Assembly (NCBI GenBank): GCA_944388735.1 | Contig: CALXJX010000001.1 | Coordinates: 7,088-71,087, forward strand | Reading direction: 5' to 3' | From: an uncultured Clostridia bacterium | GTDB taxonomy: Bacteria; Bacillota; Clostridia; TANB77; CAG-508 | Length of the DNA: 64,000 nt | Shown here: positions 18,565-28,725 of the stretch, one piece after another | Numbering within the stretch: position 1 is the first letter of the stretch | Layout: each line of letters starts with the position of its first letter | Made by a program: the position numbers and the translations under genes | The notes under the pieces: model-generated | What the model was told of the DNA's origin: nothing | What the model saw: only the letters and a program-made list of their open reading frames with translations | Database searches by the model: none

Positions 18565-18593
18565 TTGACTTTTAAATAATTAAATATTATAAT
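18565..18593 (+). promoter_or_regulatory. Sigma-A-like promoter upstream of argS
   Basis: TTGACT (18565-18570), a 17-nt spacer, then TATAAT (18588-18593). It lies ~55 nt upstream of the ATG. Confidence 0.55.
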
Positions 18594-18648
18594 AATTTTA
18601 TAAAAAATCAAACAAACTAACCAAAATGGCTGAAAGGGAAGATAAAAA

Positions 18649-20358
18649 ATGTTAAATTTTAAAAAAGAAATAGCAAAACAAATTGCAAATGTTACGAATG
18701 TAAATGAAAAAGAAATAGAAAAGTATATAGAAATTCCAAAAGAAAATACGAATGGGGATTATGCGTTTCCATGTTTTAAATTAGCTAAAGAATTAAAAAA
18801 AGCACCACCTGTGATTGCAAATGACATAAAAGAAAAAATAGAGATTGATGAAAAAATAATATCAAAAATAGAAATAGTAGGAGGATATATAAATTTCTAC
18901 ATAAATAAAGAAACGCTTTCCAAAGAAGTTTTAAAAGAGTTTGAAAACAACAAAGAATATGGAAAGTCAGAGATTGGTAAAGAAAAAAATATTGTAATAG
19001 ACTATTCAGCACCTAATATCGCAAAACCTTTTCATATAGGGCACTTACGCTCAACAGTTATAGGTGCAGCATTATACAACATATATAAATATTTAGGTTA
19101 TAATACAATAGGAATTAATCATTTAGGAGATTATGGAACACAGTTTGGAAAACTAATAGAAGGATATAAATTGTGGGGAAAGGAATATAATATTGAAAAT
19201 GATCCAATAAATGAACTTACGAAAATATATATTCGAATAAATGATTTATGCAAAGAAGATGAACATGTATTGGAACAATGTAGATACAATTTTAAATTGC
19301 TAGAAGAGGGGGATTCATATTGTAAAGAAATATGGACTAAATTCAGAGATTTAAGTTTAAAGGAATTCCAAAAAGTTTATGATTTATTAGGAAGCAAGTT
19401 TGATTCTTGGAATGGAGAGGCTTTTTACTCTGACAAAATGCAGGAAATTATAGAAATTTTAAATAAAACAGGGAAACTAGTAGAATCACAAGGAGCAAGA
19501 ATCATTGATTTAGCTGACAAAGGAATTAATACACCATGTATTATAGAAAAATCGAATGGTTCAACAACGTATGCAACAAGAGATTTAGCGGCAATCTTAT
19601 ATAGAGCGAGAACATACAATTTTGATAAAGCATTATATGTAACATCTTATGAACAAACTCTTCATTTTAAGCAAGTATTTGAAGTTGCAAAATTACTTGG
19701 ATTAGATGAAAAATATACAAATGGTTTAGAGCATGTTCCATTCGGAATGGTATTACTTCCTACTGGAAAAATGTCCACAAGAGAAGGAAATGTTGTAAAA
19801 TTAGAAGACCTACTAAAGGAAGCAATTGAAAGAGCTTATGAGATAATAGAAGAGAAAAATTCGGAGTTAGAAAACAAAGAGGAAATTGCTAAAAAAGTTG
19901 GTATTGGTGCAGTTATTTTTAATGATTTAGCTAATAGTAGAATCAAAGATGAAATTTTTGACTGGGATACAATATTAAACTTCCAAGGAGATACAGGCCC
20001 ATATATTCAGTATACTTATGTAAGAACTAGAAGCATTTTAGAAAAAGCAACATATATTTCTATGATAAAAGATATTGATATAAAGTTATTACAAGATGAA
20101 TATTCATTAAATATAATAAAGATAATATATAATTTTGAAGATACATTAATTCAAGTTACGAATAAAGAAGAACCTTCTATACTATCACGATATTTAATTG
20201 ATTTAGCAAAAGCTTTTAGCAATTTTTATAATGAAAATAAAATATTAGGAGAAGAAGAGAATTTACAAAATGCTAGAATTTATATAACATATATGGTAAG
20301 CAATATATTGAAGATTGGTATGAGTTTATTGGGAATACAAATGCCAGAAAAGATGTAA
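18649..20358 (+). CDS. argS: Arginine--tRNA ligase
   Basis: HIGH motif PFHIGHLRS and a KMSKS-like GKMSTREG motif. C-terminal anticodon-binding region and ~569 aa size are typical of ArgS. Confidence 0.93.
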   Translation: MLNFKKEIAKQIANVTNVNEKEIEKYIEIPKENTNGDYAFPCFKLAKELKKAPPVIANDIKEKIEIDEKIISKIEIVGGYINFYINKETLSKEVLKEFENNKEYGKSEIGKEKNIVIDYSAPNIAKPFHIGHLRSTVIGAALYNIYKYLGYNTIGINHLGDYGTQFGKLIEGYKLWGKEYNIENDPINELTKIYIRINDLCKEDEHVLEQCRYNFKLLEEGDSYCKEIWTKFRDLSLKEFQKVYDLLGSKFDSWNGEAFYSDKMQEIIEILNKTGKLVESQGARIIDLADKGINTPCIIEKSNGSTTYATRDLAAILYRARTYNFDKALYVTSYEQTLHFKQVFEVAKLLGLDEKYTNGLEHVPFGMVLLPTGKMSTREGNVVKLEDLLKEAIERAYEIIEEKNSELENKEEIAKKVGIGAVIFNDLANSRIKDEIFDWDTILNFQGDTGPYIQYTYVRTRSILEKATYISMIKDIDIKLLQDEYSLNIIKIIYNFEDTLIQVTNKEEPSILSRYLIDLAKAFSNFYNENKILGEEENLQNARIYITYMVSNILKIGMSLLGIQMPEKM

Positions 20359-20532
20359 ACATAGAAACTTTATCTATTGCCAAGCAAAAAGTTAGATTTT
20401 TCTATAAAATAAAACTTAAAAGTTAAAGTAAACCTGAAATAAATGAAAAAATTAATATGGATTAATAAAAATGAGAAAATAAGATGAATTCACAAAAAAA
20501 TCTGTAAATTTTTGGAATTTACTACTTGAAAA

Positions 20533-20582
20533 GCGTAGAAAAATATGTTATTATGACAACATAATTTATTCTATGCTTTTTT
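20533..20582 (+). terminator. Imperfect hairpin plus T-tract downstream of argS
   Basis: gcgtagaaaaatatgtt..aacataatttattctatgc followed by tttttt (20577-20582). It overlaps a TTGAAA-17-TATTAT promoter-like match, so the assignment is ambiguous. Confidence 0.4.
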
Positions 20583-20690
20583 AGAATAAATTTTTAGTTC
20601 TATAATTTTTTTCATTTTTTAGATTCTAAAGAATTATATTAATCCCATTGAATGTTAATTAAAAAAATTTTTCAGAAAGGAGGAAGAACC

Positions 20691-21299
20691 ATGCAGATAG
20701 AAGATTTAATAAAAAGTATAAATGAAAATATAAATACAAAATTTGAAGAAATCAAACACGAAATGAAATCTGAATTTGCAAAAGTAGGCAAGCAGTTTGA
20801 AGCGGTAAATAAACAATTTGCAAAAATAGATAAGCAATTTGAAGAAGTGAATGAACATTTTGCAAAAATTGATGAAAAATTTGAAGATATTGATAGACAA
20901 TTTGTAGAATTAAGAGGAGAAATTGTATTAATCAAAGAAGATATAACAAAAATAAAAGTAGACATCGGTGGATTAAAAGAAGACGTTTGTGGACTAAAAG
21001 AAGATGTTGCAGGACTAAAAGAAGATGTTGCAGGACTAAAAGAAGATGTTGCAGTATTAAAAGAAGATGTAGCAGGACTAAAAGAAGATGTTGCAGTATT
21101 AAAAGAAAGACTAGATATTGTTACACAAATAAATTTACCACAGATATTATTAGAGCAAACAAGAATGGGACAAGAACAAAAACAACAATTTAAGCAATTG
21201 AATGAAAAAATAGATTCATATATACAAAAAAATGAAGTAGAGCATAAAAAATTTGAGTATAAGATTGCAGAAATAGAAATGAAACAAAAAGCAATATAA
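20691..21299 (+). CDS. Coiled-coil protein built from perfect heptad repeats (unknown function)
   Basis: RBS aaaggagg precedes ATG 20691 (MQIEDLIK). There are six KQFAKID-type heptads, then seven GLKEDVA heptads encoded by 21-bp tandem repeats. Confidence 0.7.
   Translation: MQIEDLIKSINENINTKFEEIKHEMKSEFAKVGKQFEAVNKQFAKIDKQFEEVNEHFAKIDEKFEDIDRQFVELRGEIVLIKEDITKIKVDIGGLKEDVCGLKEDVAGLKEDVAGLKEDVAVLKEDVAGLKEDVAVLKERLDIVTQINLPQILLEQTRMGQEQKQQFKQLNEKIDSYIQKNEVEHKKFEYKIAEIEMKQKAI
20970..21116 (+). repeat. 7 x 21-bp tandem repeat (ggactaaaagaagatgttgca) inside a CDS
   Basis: Units start at 20970, 20991, 21012, 21033, 21054, 21075 and 21096. Units 2, 3, 4 and 6 are identical. Confidence 0.95.
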
Positions 21300-21369
21300 C
21301 GAGTTACAAAAAAGAAAATCAATATAAAAAGTAATATAAAAAAGCAATAGAATATATTATATAAAATAT

Positions 21370-21438
21370 ATAGATGCAAATAAATTATAATATAATTTTA
21401 TTAATTATAATATTATAAAAATTTGCATCTATTATTTT
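21370..21438 (+). terminator. AT-rich long hairpin after the heptad-repeat gene
   Basis: atagatgcaaat (21370-21381) is complementary to atttgcatctat (21421-21432), followed by tatttta. Confidence 0.45.
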
Positions 21439-21514
21439 ACAAAAAAACTTGTCAAAATATTGAATAAATAGTATAATTGCATTATCGAAAAATAGAAACG
21501 AAAGAAGGATAAAA

Positions 21515-22675
21515 ATGGAAGGAAAACATTCAACAAATTATAATAATGAAAACTATGTACCAAAAGCATTTAGAAACAAGCAAAATAATAATTATTATGG
21601 AAGAGAAAATGAAAGAAGAGAAGGAAAAATGGCCAATAAAAAAACAAAGAAAAAAAGAAAAGGATTAAAAATTTTTGGAATAATAGTATTAATTTTAATA
21701 ATCATGTTAGGAGCAATAGTAGGAGCAGGATATTGGTTTATAAGTGACAAATTTTCAAAAATGCAACAAGTAGATATTAATGAAGAAGAATTAAATGTAT
21801 CAGCACAAGCAGAAGAAAACCTATCAGAATATAGGAACATAGCTATATTTGGAGTAGATAGTAGAAGCAACAATTTAGAACAAGGAAACAGAAGTGACTG
21901 CATAATTATAGCAAGCATTAATAACAATACAAAAGAAGTAAGATTAATATCTGTATATAGAGATACTTATGTGCAAATTGAAGGACATGGATTAGATAAA
22001 ATAACACATGCTTATTCTTATGGGTCAGCACCACTTGCAATAAAAACTTTAAATACAAACTTAGATTTAAATATAAAAGAATTTGTAACAGTAAATTTTG
22101 ATTCAGTAGCGGAGGCAGTAGACCAATTAGGAGGAGTAAATATAAATATAGAATCACAAGAGGAATTGAAATATCTTAATTCATATATAGATGAAACTGC
22201 AAAAGTAACTGGAAAATCAAATGCAAAAGTTTCTGGAACGGGAAGGCAACATTTAAATGGGGTACAAGCAGTTGCATATTCAAGAATACGTTATACAGCA
22301 GGAGGAGATTATAAAAGAACAGAAAGAATGAGAACTGTTATAGAAGCAATGGTAGATAAAATAAAAACAAAAAGTATAGGTGAAATTAATTCTTTTATAG
22401 ATTTTATGATGCCAAAAGTATATACAAATATAACAGCAGGGGATATTATATCATTGTTACCAAGTGTAGCAAGTTTTAAAATAGGAGAAAGCCTAGGATG
22501 GCCATACAATACAAAGGGAATTACTTTAGACAGATGGTATGGAGTTCCTATAACATTAGAATCTAATGTTACAAAACTACATCAAGAGTTATTTGGAGAA
22601 ACTGATTATACACCAACACAAGATGTAAAAACTATAAGTAATCAAATTATTAATAAAACTGGATATAGAAAATAA
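21515..22675 (+). CDS. LytR-CpsA-Psr (LCP) family glycopolymer transferase
   Basis: Basic N-terminus, one TM segment, and the LCP core NIAIFGVDSR..RSDCIIIASIN..ISVYRDTYV..DKITHAYSYG..AYSRIRY..GDYKRTERMR. It is a paralog of 43400..44467. Confidence 0.88.
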   Translation: MEGKHSTNYNNENYVPKAFRNKQNNNYYGRENERREGKMANKKTKKKRKGLKIFGIIVLILIIMLGAIVGAGYWFISDKFSKMQQVDINEEELNVSAQAEENLSEYRNIAIFGVDSRSNNLEQGNRSDCIIIASINNNTKEVRLISVYRDTYVQIEGHGLDKITHAYSYGSAPLAIKTLNTNLDLNIKEFVTVNFDSVAEAVDQLGGVNINIESQEELKYLNSYIDETAKVTGKSNAKVSGTGRQHLNGVQAVAYSRIRYTAGGDYKRTERMRTVIEAMVDKIKTKSIGEINSFIDFMMPKVYTNITAGDIISLLPSVASFKIGESLGWPYNTKGITLDRWYGVPITLESNVTKLHQELFGETDYTPTQDVKTISNQIINKTGYRK

Positions 22676-22713
22676 AATAATATAAAAACTCAAATAAATT
22701 AGGGAGAAAACAA

Positions 22714-23220
22714 TTGAAAGTAAATATATTAAGACTGGTTTTGATAATTTTACTATTATGTACTTTTTACGTTATTTTTGGGTTTTCAAGCCAAAATTCA
22801 AAACAATCAGGAAGTTTGAGCGAAAAAATAACAACAATTATCGTAGAAAAACTCAATATAGTGGAAGGAAAGACAAAGCAAGAAAAAGAAATAATAATAA
22901 ACAAGTTAGAAAGAGTAATAAGAAAATTAGCACATTTTTCGATATATACACTGGTAGGGTTGTTATTGATGGGATTTACAAGTACATACAAATTAGAAAA
23001 TATAAAAAAAGTTATGATATCATTAATTATAGGTATAGTATATGCAATATCTGATGAAATACATCAGTCATTTGTTCCAGGAAGATCGCCTCAATTTACT
23101 GATGTAATGATAGATACCATGGGAGTGACATTAGGAATATTATTAATAATGTTGGCAATAGAAATATACCATAAACAAAACGACATAAAACACGAGAATT
23201 ATACAAAAAAACTTGAATAA
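22714..23220 (+). CDS. VanZ-like membrane protein
   Basis: TTG start with RBS agggagaaa. Four TM segments and the VanZ signature KLAHFSIYTLVG..DEIHQSFVPGRSPQFTDVMIDTMG. Confidence 0.75.
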   Translation: MKVNILRLVLIILLLCTFYVIFGFSSQNSKQSGSLSEKITTIIVEKLNIVEGKTKQEKEIIINKLERVIRKLAHFSIYTLVGLLLMGFTSTYKLENIKKVMISLIIGIVYAISDEIHQSFVPGRSPQFTDVMIDTMGVTLGILLIMLAIEIYHKQNDIKHENYTKKLE

Positions 23221-23293
23221 AAAAAATTTTAATGTTATAATAATTATGCATATATTCAAACAAATGAAATTTATATTTAAGGGGGAAATATAA

Positions 23294-24013
23294 ATGAATT
23301 TAAAAGAAGAAGGACTGATGTACACAAATGACAATGTTACAACAACATTAATACCAATCAGTTCTATGTCAAGCAATAGAAGTAGAGCAGTAATAAAAAT
23401 AGAAGAAATAATAAAAAGAGCAGTAGATATTATAGGTAGCATAGCTGGAATGATTTTATTGATTCCACTAACAATAGTCATATACATTGCAAATATATTA
23501 TCAAAAGATAAAGGACCAGTATTTTATACACAAGAAAGATATGGAAAAAACGGGAAAATTTTTAAAATGTATAAATACCGTTCTATGGTAGTTGGTGCAG
23601 ACGAAAAATTAGAAAAATATTTAGAAGAAAATGAAGAAGCAAAAAAAGAATATCAAAAATACAAAAAACTAAAAAACGATCCAAGAATAACAAAAGTAGG
23701 AGAATTTATTAGAAAGACGAGTATAGATGAATTTCCTCAATTTATAAATGTATTAAAAGGTGAAATGACTTTAGTCGGACCAAGACCATATCTTCCAAAG
23801 GAAAGAGAAGACATAAATGGATTCTTTAATTACATAACATCAATGAAACCAGGTTTAACAGGATATTGGCAAGTAAACGGAAGAAGTGATGTAACATTTG
23901 TTGATAGATTAGACATGGATATGAATTACTATTATAATCATACTTTAAAAACAGATGTAAAAATATTAAAACAAACAGTAGCGAAACTACTAAAAAAAGA
24001 AGGGGCTATATAA
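23294..24013 (+). CDS. Undecaprenyl-phosphate sugar phosphotransferase (bacterial sugar transferase, small PglC/WbaP-C type), locus 1 priming enzyme
   Basis: KRAVDIIGSIAGMILLIPL..GPVFYTQERYGKNGKIFKMYKYRSM..DEFPQFINVLKGEMTLVGPRP. The start could be ATG 23294 or 23318. Confidence 0.85.
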   Translation: MNLKEEGLMYTNDNVTTTLIPISSMSSNRSRAVIKIEEIIKRAVDIIGSIAGMILLIPLTIVIYIANILSKDKGPVFYTQERYGKNGKIFKMYKYRSMVVGADEKLEKYLEENEEAKKEYQKYKKLKNDPRITKVGEFIRKTSIDEFPQFINVLKGEMTLVGPRPYLPKEREDINGFFNYITSMKPGLTGYWQVNGRSDVTFVDRLDMDMNYYYNHTLKTDVKILKQTVAKLLKKEGAI

Positions 24014-24017
24014 AGAC

Positions 24018-25241
24018 ATGAAAATCTTAATGGTTAATAAATTCCACTATTTAAAAGGTGGAAGTGAGAAATATTATTTTGAATTAGCGAAAATATTAAG
24101 AGAAAAAGGTCATGAAATAGCCTTTTTTTCTATGCAAAATGAAAAAAATATAAAAACAGACTGCAAAGAATATTTTGTAGACAGTATAGATTTAAATAGC
24201 AACAATAAGACAAAAGCATTAGAAGTTATATATTCAAAGCAGAACAAAAAGAAAATGCAAGAAGCACTTGATGAATTTAAGCCAGATATTGTACATATAA
24301 ATAATTTTCAAAGACAATTATCAAGTTCTATTATAGAAGCAATAAAAGAAAAGAATATACCGATTGTATTTACAGCTCATGATGTACAAGCAATATGTCC
24401 GGCAATTACAATGTTAGATAGCGATAAAAATATATGTGAAAAATGTAAAAAAGGGAAATATATAAACTGCATTAAAAAGAAATGTATAAAAGATTCAACA
24501 TTAAAAAGTGTATTAGGTGCAATAGAAGGATATTATTATCGTTATAAAAAAATATATACTAAAAAAATAGACTATATCATAACACCAAGTGAATTTTATA
24601 AGCAGAAATTAGTAGAAGACGGAATACCAAAAGAAAAAATTGAAGCAATACATAATTTTGTTGAATTAGAAGAATATGATATAGAAACTCAAGATGAAGG
24701 ATATGCTCTATATTTTGGAAGATTATCAAAAGAAAAAGGAATTTTAAACTTAATAGAAGCTTTTTCGAAAACAAAAATGGGGATTTTATATATTGCAGGA
24801 GAGGGTCCAGAAAAAGAAAATATAGAAAAATTCATAAAAGAAAAAGATTTATCAGAAAGAATAAAGTTATTAGGATTCTTGAAATCTAACGAAATGAAAA
24901 AGTGTATTAGTAAAAGTAAATTTGTAGTAGTTCCTTCTATCTGGTACGAAAATTGCCCATATTCAGTAATGGAAACATTAGCGATAGGAAAACCAGTACT
25001 TGGAGCTGATATTGGAGGAATACCAGAACTGGTGAAAAACAATGAAAATGGCCTGATATATAAATATGATAATATAGATGAATTAAGTGAAAAAATGCAA
25101 CAATTTTTTGAAAATACCGATTTAACAAATAAAATGGGACAAAATGCAAAAGAAAATGCTAAAAAACTCTATTCAAAAGAAATTTATTATGATAAAATAA
25201 TAAAAATTTATCAAAAATTGCTAGAAAATGCAAAGAAATAG
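24018..25241 (+). CDS. GT4-family glycosyltransferase
   Basis: GT-B C-terminal motif GRLSKEKGI..PSIWYENCPYSVMETLAIGKPVLGADIGGIPELV. Confidence 0.8.
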   Translation: MKILMVNKFHYLKGGSEKYYFELAKILREKGHEIAFFSMQNEKNIKTDCKEYFVDSIDLNSNNKTKALEVIYSKQNKKKMQEALDEFKPDIVHINNFQRQLSSSIIEAIKEKNIPIVFTAHDVQAICPAITMLDSDKNICEKCKKGKYINCIKKKCIKDSTLKSVLGAIEGYYYRYKKIYTKKIDYIITPSEFYKQKLVEDGIPKEKIEAIHNFVELEEYDIETQDEGYALYFGRLSKEKGILNLIEAFSKTKMGILYIAGEGPEKENIEKFIKEKDLSERIKLLGFLKSNEMKKCISKSKFVVVPSIWYENCPYSVMETLAIGKPVLGADIGGIPELVKNNENGLIYKYDNIDELSEKMQQFFENTDLTNKMGQNAKENAKKLYSKEIYYDKIIKIYQKLLENAKK

Positions 25242-25311
25242 ATTTATAGTGAAAAAATTATCATATTGTATAATTTATACACTTAATATCTATGAATAAA
25301 AAACGAAGGGA

Positions 25312-26505
25312 ATGAATTTTAAAATGGCTGAGAAAAAATTAAATGGAACAGTAATAGTAACATATCGTTGTAATGCAAGATGTACGATGTGTAATAGGTA
25401 TAAAGCACCATCTAAACCAGAAGAAGAAATAAGTATTGAAACAATAAAAAAATTACCAAAAATGTATTTTACAAATATTACAGGTGGAGAACCATTTATA
25501 AGAGAAGATTTACCTGAGATTGTAAGAGAACTATATAAAAAGTCAGATAGAATAGTTATATCTACAAACGGATTTTTTACAGATAGAATAATAAAACTAT
25601 GCGAAGAATTTCCAAATGTAGGAATCAGAATATCAATAGAAGGATTAGAAGAAACAAATAATAAAATAAGAGGATTAGATGACGGATTTAATAGAGGATA
25701 TTCAACATTAAAAAAATTAGTTGAAATGAAACACCCTGATGTAGGATTCGGAATGACAGTACAAGATGCAAATGCAAAAGATTTAGTGCCTTTATATGAT
25801 TTATCAAACGAACTAAATATGGAATTTGCAACAGCATCATTACATAATTCATTCTATTTTGTTGAGGCAAAAAATATAATTCATGACAGATTAATGGTAG
25901 CTAAAGAATTTGAAAAACTAATAAATAAACTATTAGAATCTAATTCACCTAAAAAATGGTTTAGGGCTTATTTTAATCATGGATTAATTAATTACATATT
26001 TGGACAAAAAAGATTATTACCATGTGATATGGCTTTTGATACATTTTTTATAGACCCTTATGGAGATGTTATGCCATGTAATGGAACAAAAGAAAAAGAA
26101 GTAATGGGAAATTTGAATGATCAAACTTGGGACGAGCTTTGGAATTCTGAACAAGCGGAAAAAGTTCGTACAAAAGTAAGACATTGTGATAGACAATGTT
26201 GGATGATAGGTTCAGTTTCACCTGCAATGCACAAATATATTTGGAAACCAACATGGTGGGTTATAAAGCATAAGTTCTTAAAATTCTATAAAAAAGATAA
26301 ATATTCAATGTTTGAAAATAAAATCGTTAGAGATTATAAAGAAGGAAAAGTGACAAAAGAAGAACTTGATAAATGTTCTACTTGTGATATGAATTGTATT
26401 ATTCAGGATGGCTTATCAGATGCTTCAAAAGAACAATTGAAAAACAAAACTGGAGAAGAAATAGTACAAGAAGATATAGAAAAACAAATGCAAAAGGAGC
26501 ATTAA
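25312..26505 (+). CDS. Radical SAM enzyme (with C-terminal Cys-rich region) in the polysaccharide locus
   Basis: CNARCTMCN is a CxxxCxxC motif near the N-terminus. There are additional Cys clusters (CDMAFD..PCNG, CDRQCW, CSTCDMNC). The start could be 25312 or ATG 25324. Confidence 0.75.
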   Translation: MNFKMAEKKLNGTVIVTYRCNARCTMCNRYKAPSKPEEEISIETIKKLPKMYFTNITGGEPFIREDLPEIVRELYKKSDRIVISTNGFFTDRIIKLCEEFPNVGIRISIEGLEETNNKIRGLDDGFNRGYSTLKKLVEMKHPDVGFGMTVQDANAKDLVPLYDLSNELNMEFATASLHNSFYFVEAKNIIHDRLMVAKEFEKLINKLLESNSPKKWFRAYFNHGLINYIFGQKRLLPCDMAFDTFFIDPYGDVMPCNGTKEKEVMGNLNDQTWDELWNSEQAEKVRTKVRHCDRQCWMIGSVSPAMHKYIWKPTWWVIKHKFLKFYKKDKYSMFENKIVRDYKEGKVTKEELDKCSTCDMNCIIQDGLSDASKEQLKNKTGEEIVQEDIEKQMQKEH

Positions 26506-26508
26506 AAT

Positions 26509-27558
26509 ATGGAAACTGGTCAGGAAAACAGTAGAAGAAAAATATACTTAGATATATTAAGAATAATAGCATGTTTTTTAGTATTGTTGTGCCATACTAT
26601 AAGTTTTACATACAATAGTAAATTAATAGAAGATAATTGGTTTATTAGTAATTCCTTATATTATATTTCAAAAATAGCTGTACCAATATTTTTCATGATT
26701 AGTGGAGCATTAATGCTTAGAAAGGACATAGATTATAGGCAGATTGCTAAAAAGATTTTTTTTAGACTATTAATACCGTTGATAGTAATATCTATTATAA
26801 TTTATTTTAAAAGAACTCCAACTTTTAGCTTGGAAAATATTATAAATTTTATAAAAGAGTTTTTTAATGCGGAGATATTATTGCCTTTGTGGTTTTTATA
26901 TAGCTTAATAGGAATGTATATATGTACACCTTTTTTGAGAAAAATGGTAAAAAATATGGAAAACAGAGATTTTAAGATTTTTTTTGCAATATGGGTTATA
27001 GTTACAGGAATAGTACCAATAATATTTTATTATGCTCAAATAAAAATAACAAATTATTTTATTATACCTATTATAGGCAGATATATTCCATATTATTTGT
27101 TAGGCTATTATATGTTTGAAAGAAATGGAATAAAAACATCAAAGAAAACACTGATTGCAGTATCTTTACTTGGATTAATAAGTTTAATATTTTCGGTACT
27201 ACTTACATATTTTGATATTAAAGTATTCGGAAAAGAAACGATGTTTTTGGATAAGGTAGATTATATAAATTTAATTATTATGACTTTTTCAGTATGTTAT
27301 ATAGTAAAATATATATTTGAAAATCGAAATTTTTCAGAAAAAGTAGAAAAAATGATACTAAGTGTAAGCTCTACAACATTTGGCATATATATAATTCATG
27401 GCGTATTAATAGGACATTTTCAATTTATATATAATAACATATCTAGATATCTCGGAACAAGTATAGGAATTATATTACATAACTTAATATTTTTTGCAAT
27501 TTTGTCGTGTATCATATATATAATAAGAAAAATACCTTATGTAAATAAATTTATTTAG
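26509..27558 (+). CDS. Acyltransferase-3 family membrane O-acyltransferase
   Basis: YLDILRIIACFLVLLCH start and about 10 TM segments. Polysaccharide locus context. Confidence 0.78.
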   Translation: METGQENSRRKIYLDILRIIACFLVLLCHTISFTYNSKLIEDNWFISNSLYYISKIAVPIFFMISGALMLRKDIDYRQIAKKIFFRLLIPLIVISIIIYFKRTPTFSLENIINFIKEFFNAEILLPLWFLYSLIGMYICTPFLRKMVKNMENRDFKIFFAIWVIVTGIVPIIFYYAQIKITNYFIIPIIGRYIPYYLLGYYMFERNGIKTSKKTLIAVSLLGLISLIFSVLLTYFDIKVFGKETMFLDKVDYINLIIMTFSVCYIVKYIFENRNFSEKVEKMILSVSSTTFGIYIIHGVLIGHFQFIYNNISRYLGTSIGIILHNLIFFAILSCIIYIIRKIPYVNKFI

Positions 27559-27588
27559 AACACAACTAGGAAAGGATATTGATAGAAT

Positions 27589-28707
27589 ATGAAGATAGCA
27601 ATGTTAGGACATAAAAGGATACCTTCAAGAGAGGGTGGAGTAGAAATAGTTGTAGAAGAATTAGCAACAAGAATGGTAGAAAAGAAAAATATGGTTGTAG
27701 TTTATAATAGAAAAGGAAAAAATGTTCAAGATAAAAATGCTGATAAAGATAAGAAAAAGCTAAAAGAATATAAAGGGGTTAAAATAAAAACAATACCAAC
27801 AATCAATAAAAAAGGAATAGATGCACTTTTATATTCCTTTTTTGCAAGCATTGTAGTTGCATTTAAAAAATATGATGTAATTCATTATCATGCTGAAGGA
27901 CCTTGTGCTATGTTATGGATACCAAAAATATTTAGAAAAAAAATTGTAGTGACAATACATGGGTTAGATTGGCAAAGGTCAAAATGGGGTGGATTTGCAA
28001 CTAAATACATAAAATTTGGTGAAAAAATGGCTGCTAAATATGCAGATAAAATAATAGTACTATCAAAAGGAGTGCAAGAATACTTTAAAGACACATACAA
28101 TAGAGATACAGTATTTATTCCAAATGGAGTAAACAAACCAGAAATAAGAAAATCAAATATAATAAAGGAAAAATACGGTATAGACAAAAATAATTATATA
28201 TTATTTTTAGCAAGAATTGTACCAGAAAAAGGACTTCATTATTTAATAGAAGCATTTAAACAATTAAAGACAGATAAGAAATTAGTGATAGCAGGAGGAG
28301 CAAGCCATACAAATGAATATTTAGAAAAAATTAAAGAAATGGTAAAAGATGACAAAAGGATAATTATGACAGGTTTTGTACAAGGTCAAGAATTAGAAGA
28401 ACTATACAGTAATTGTTATTTATACTGTTTGCCAAGTGATATTGAAGGAATGCCATTATCATTACTTGAAGCTATGAGCTATGGTAATAAATGTTTGGTA
28501 AGTAATATAGAGGAAAATACACAAGTTGTAGAAGATAAAGCTATAACTTTTGAAAAAGGGAATGTACAAGATTTAAAAGAAAAATTAGAAAATATGTTGA
28601 GTTCTAATGATTTATTAGAAAAAAGAGAAGAAATATCAGATTATATATTACAAAAATATAATTGGGTAGATGTAGTAAATAAAACATTAGATTTATATAA
28701 AAGATAG
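27589..28707 (+). CDS. GT4-family glycosyltransferase (DUF1972-like N-terminus)
   Basis: MKIAMLGHKRIPSREGGVEIVVEELATRM N-terminus. C-terminal motif LARIVPEKG..PSDIEGMPLSLLEAMSYGNKCLVS. Confidence 0.8.
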   Translation: MKIAMLGHKRIPSREGGVEIVVEELATRMVEKKNMVVVYNRKGKNVQDKNADKDKKKLKEYKGVKIKTIPTINKKGIDALLYSFFASIVVAFKKYDVIHYHAEGPCAMLWIPKIFRKKIVVTIHGLDWQRSKWGGFATKYIKFGEKMAAKYADKIIVLSKGVQEYFKDTYNRDTVFIPNGVNKPEIRKSNIIKEKYGIDKNNYILFLARIVPEKGLHYLIEAFKQLKTDKKLVIAGGASHTNEYLEKIKEMVKDDKRIIMTGFVQGQELEELYSNCYLYCLPSDIEGMPLSLLEAMSYGNKCLVSNIEENTQVVEDKAITFEKGNVQDLKEKLENMLSSNDLLEKREEISDYILQKYNWVDVVNKTLDLYKR

Positions 28708-28725
28708 GAGGGAAAATCGCAAGTA

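Noticed and set aside
18498-18648. A T-box leader upstream of argS.
   Set aside because: No specifier-loop or T-box (..GGTGGNACCRCG..) sequence or terminator/antiterminator pair was seen. The leader from the predicted promoter is only ~55 nt.
20527-20556. TTGAAA-17-TATTAT promoter-like match downstream of argS.
   Set aside because: It overlaps the left arm of the hairpin plus T-tract at 20533-20582, so it is more simply explained as part of a terminator. It was not called as a promoter.
20672-21379. 235-aa minus-strand ORF and the 20987..21193 + ORF (MWTKRRCCRTKRRCC..) overlapping the heptad-repeat gene.
   Set aside because: Both are alternative readings of the 21-bp tandem repeat. Only the 20691..21299 frame has a strong RBS (aaaggagg) and a coherent coiled-coil sequence.
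22758-23054. 98-aa Lys/Arg-rich + strand ORF overlapping the VanZ-like gene, and 823..1032 overlapping the 573..1019 gene.
   Set aside because: These are out-of-frame overlaps with better-supported genes, have low-complexity basic sequence, and have no RBS.
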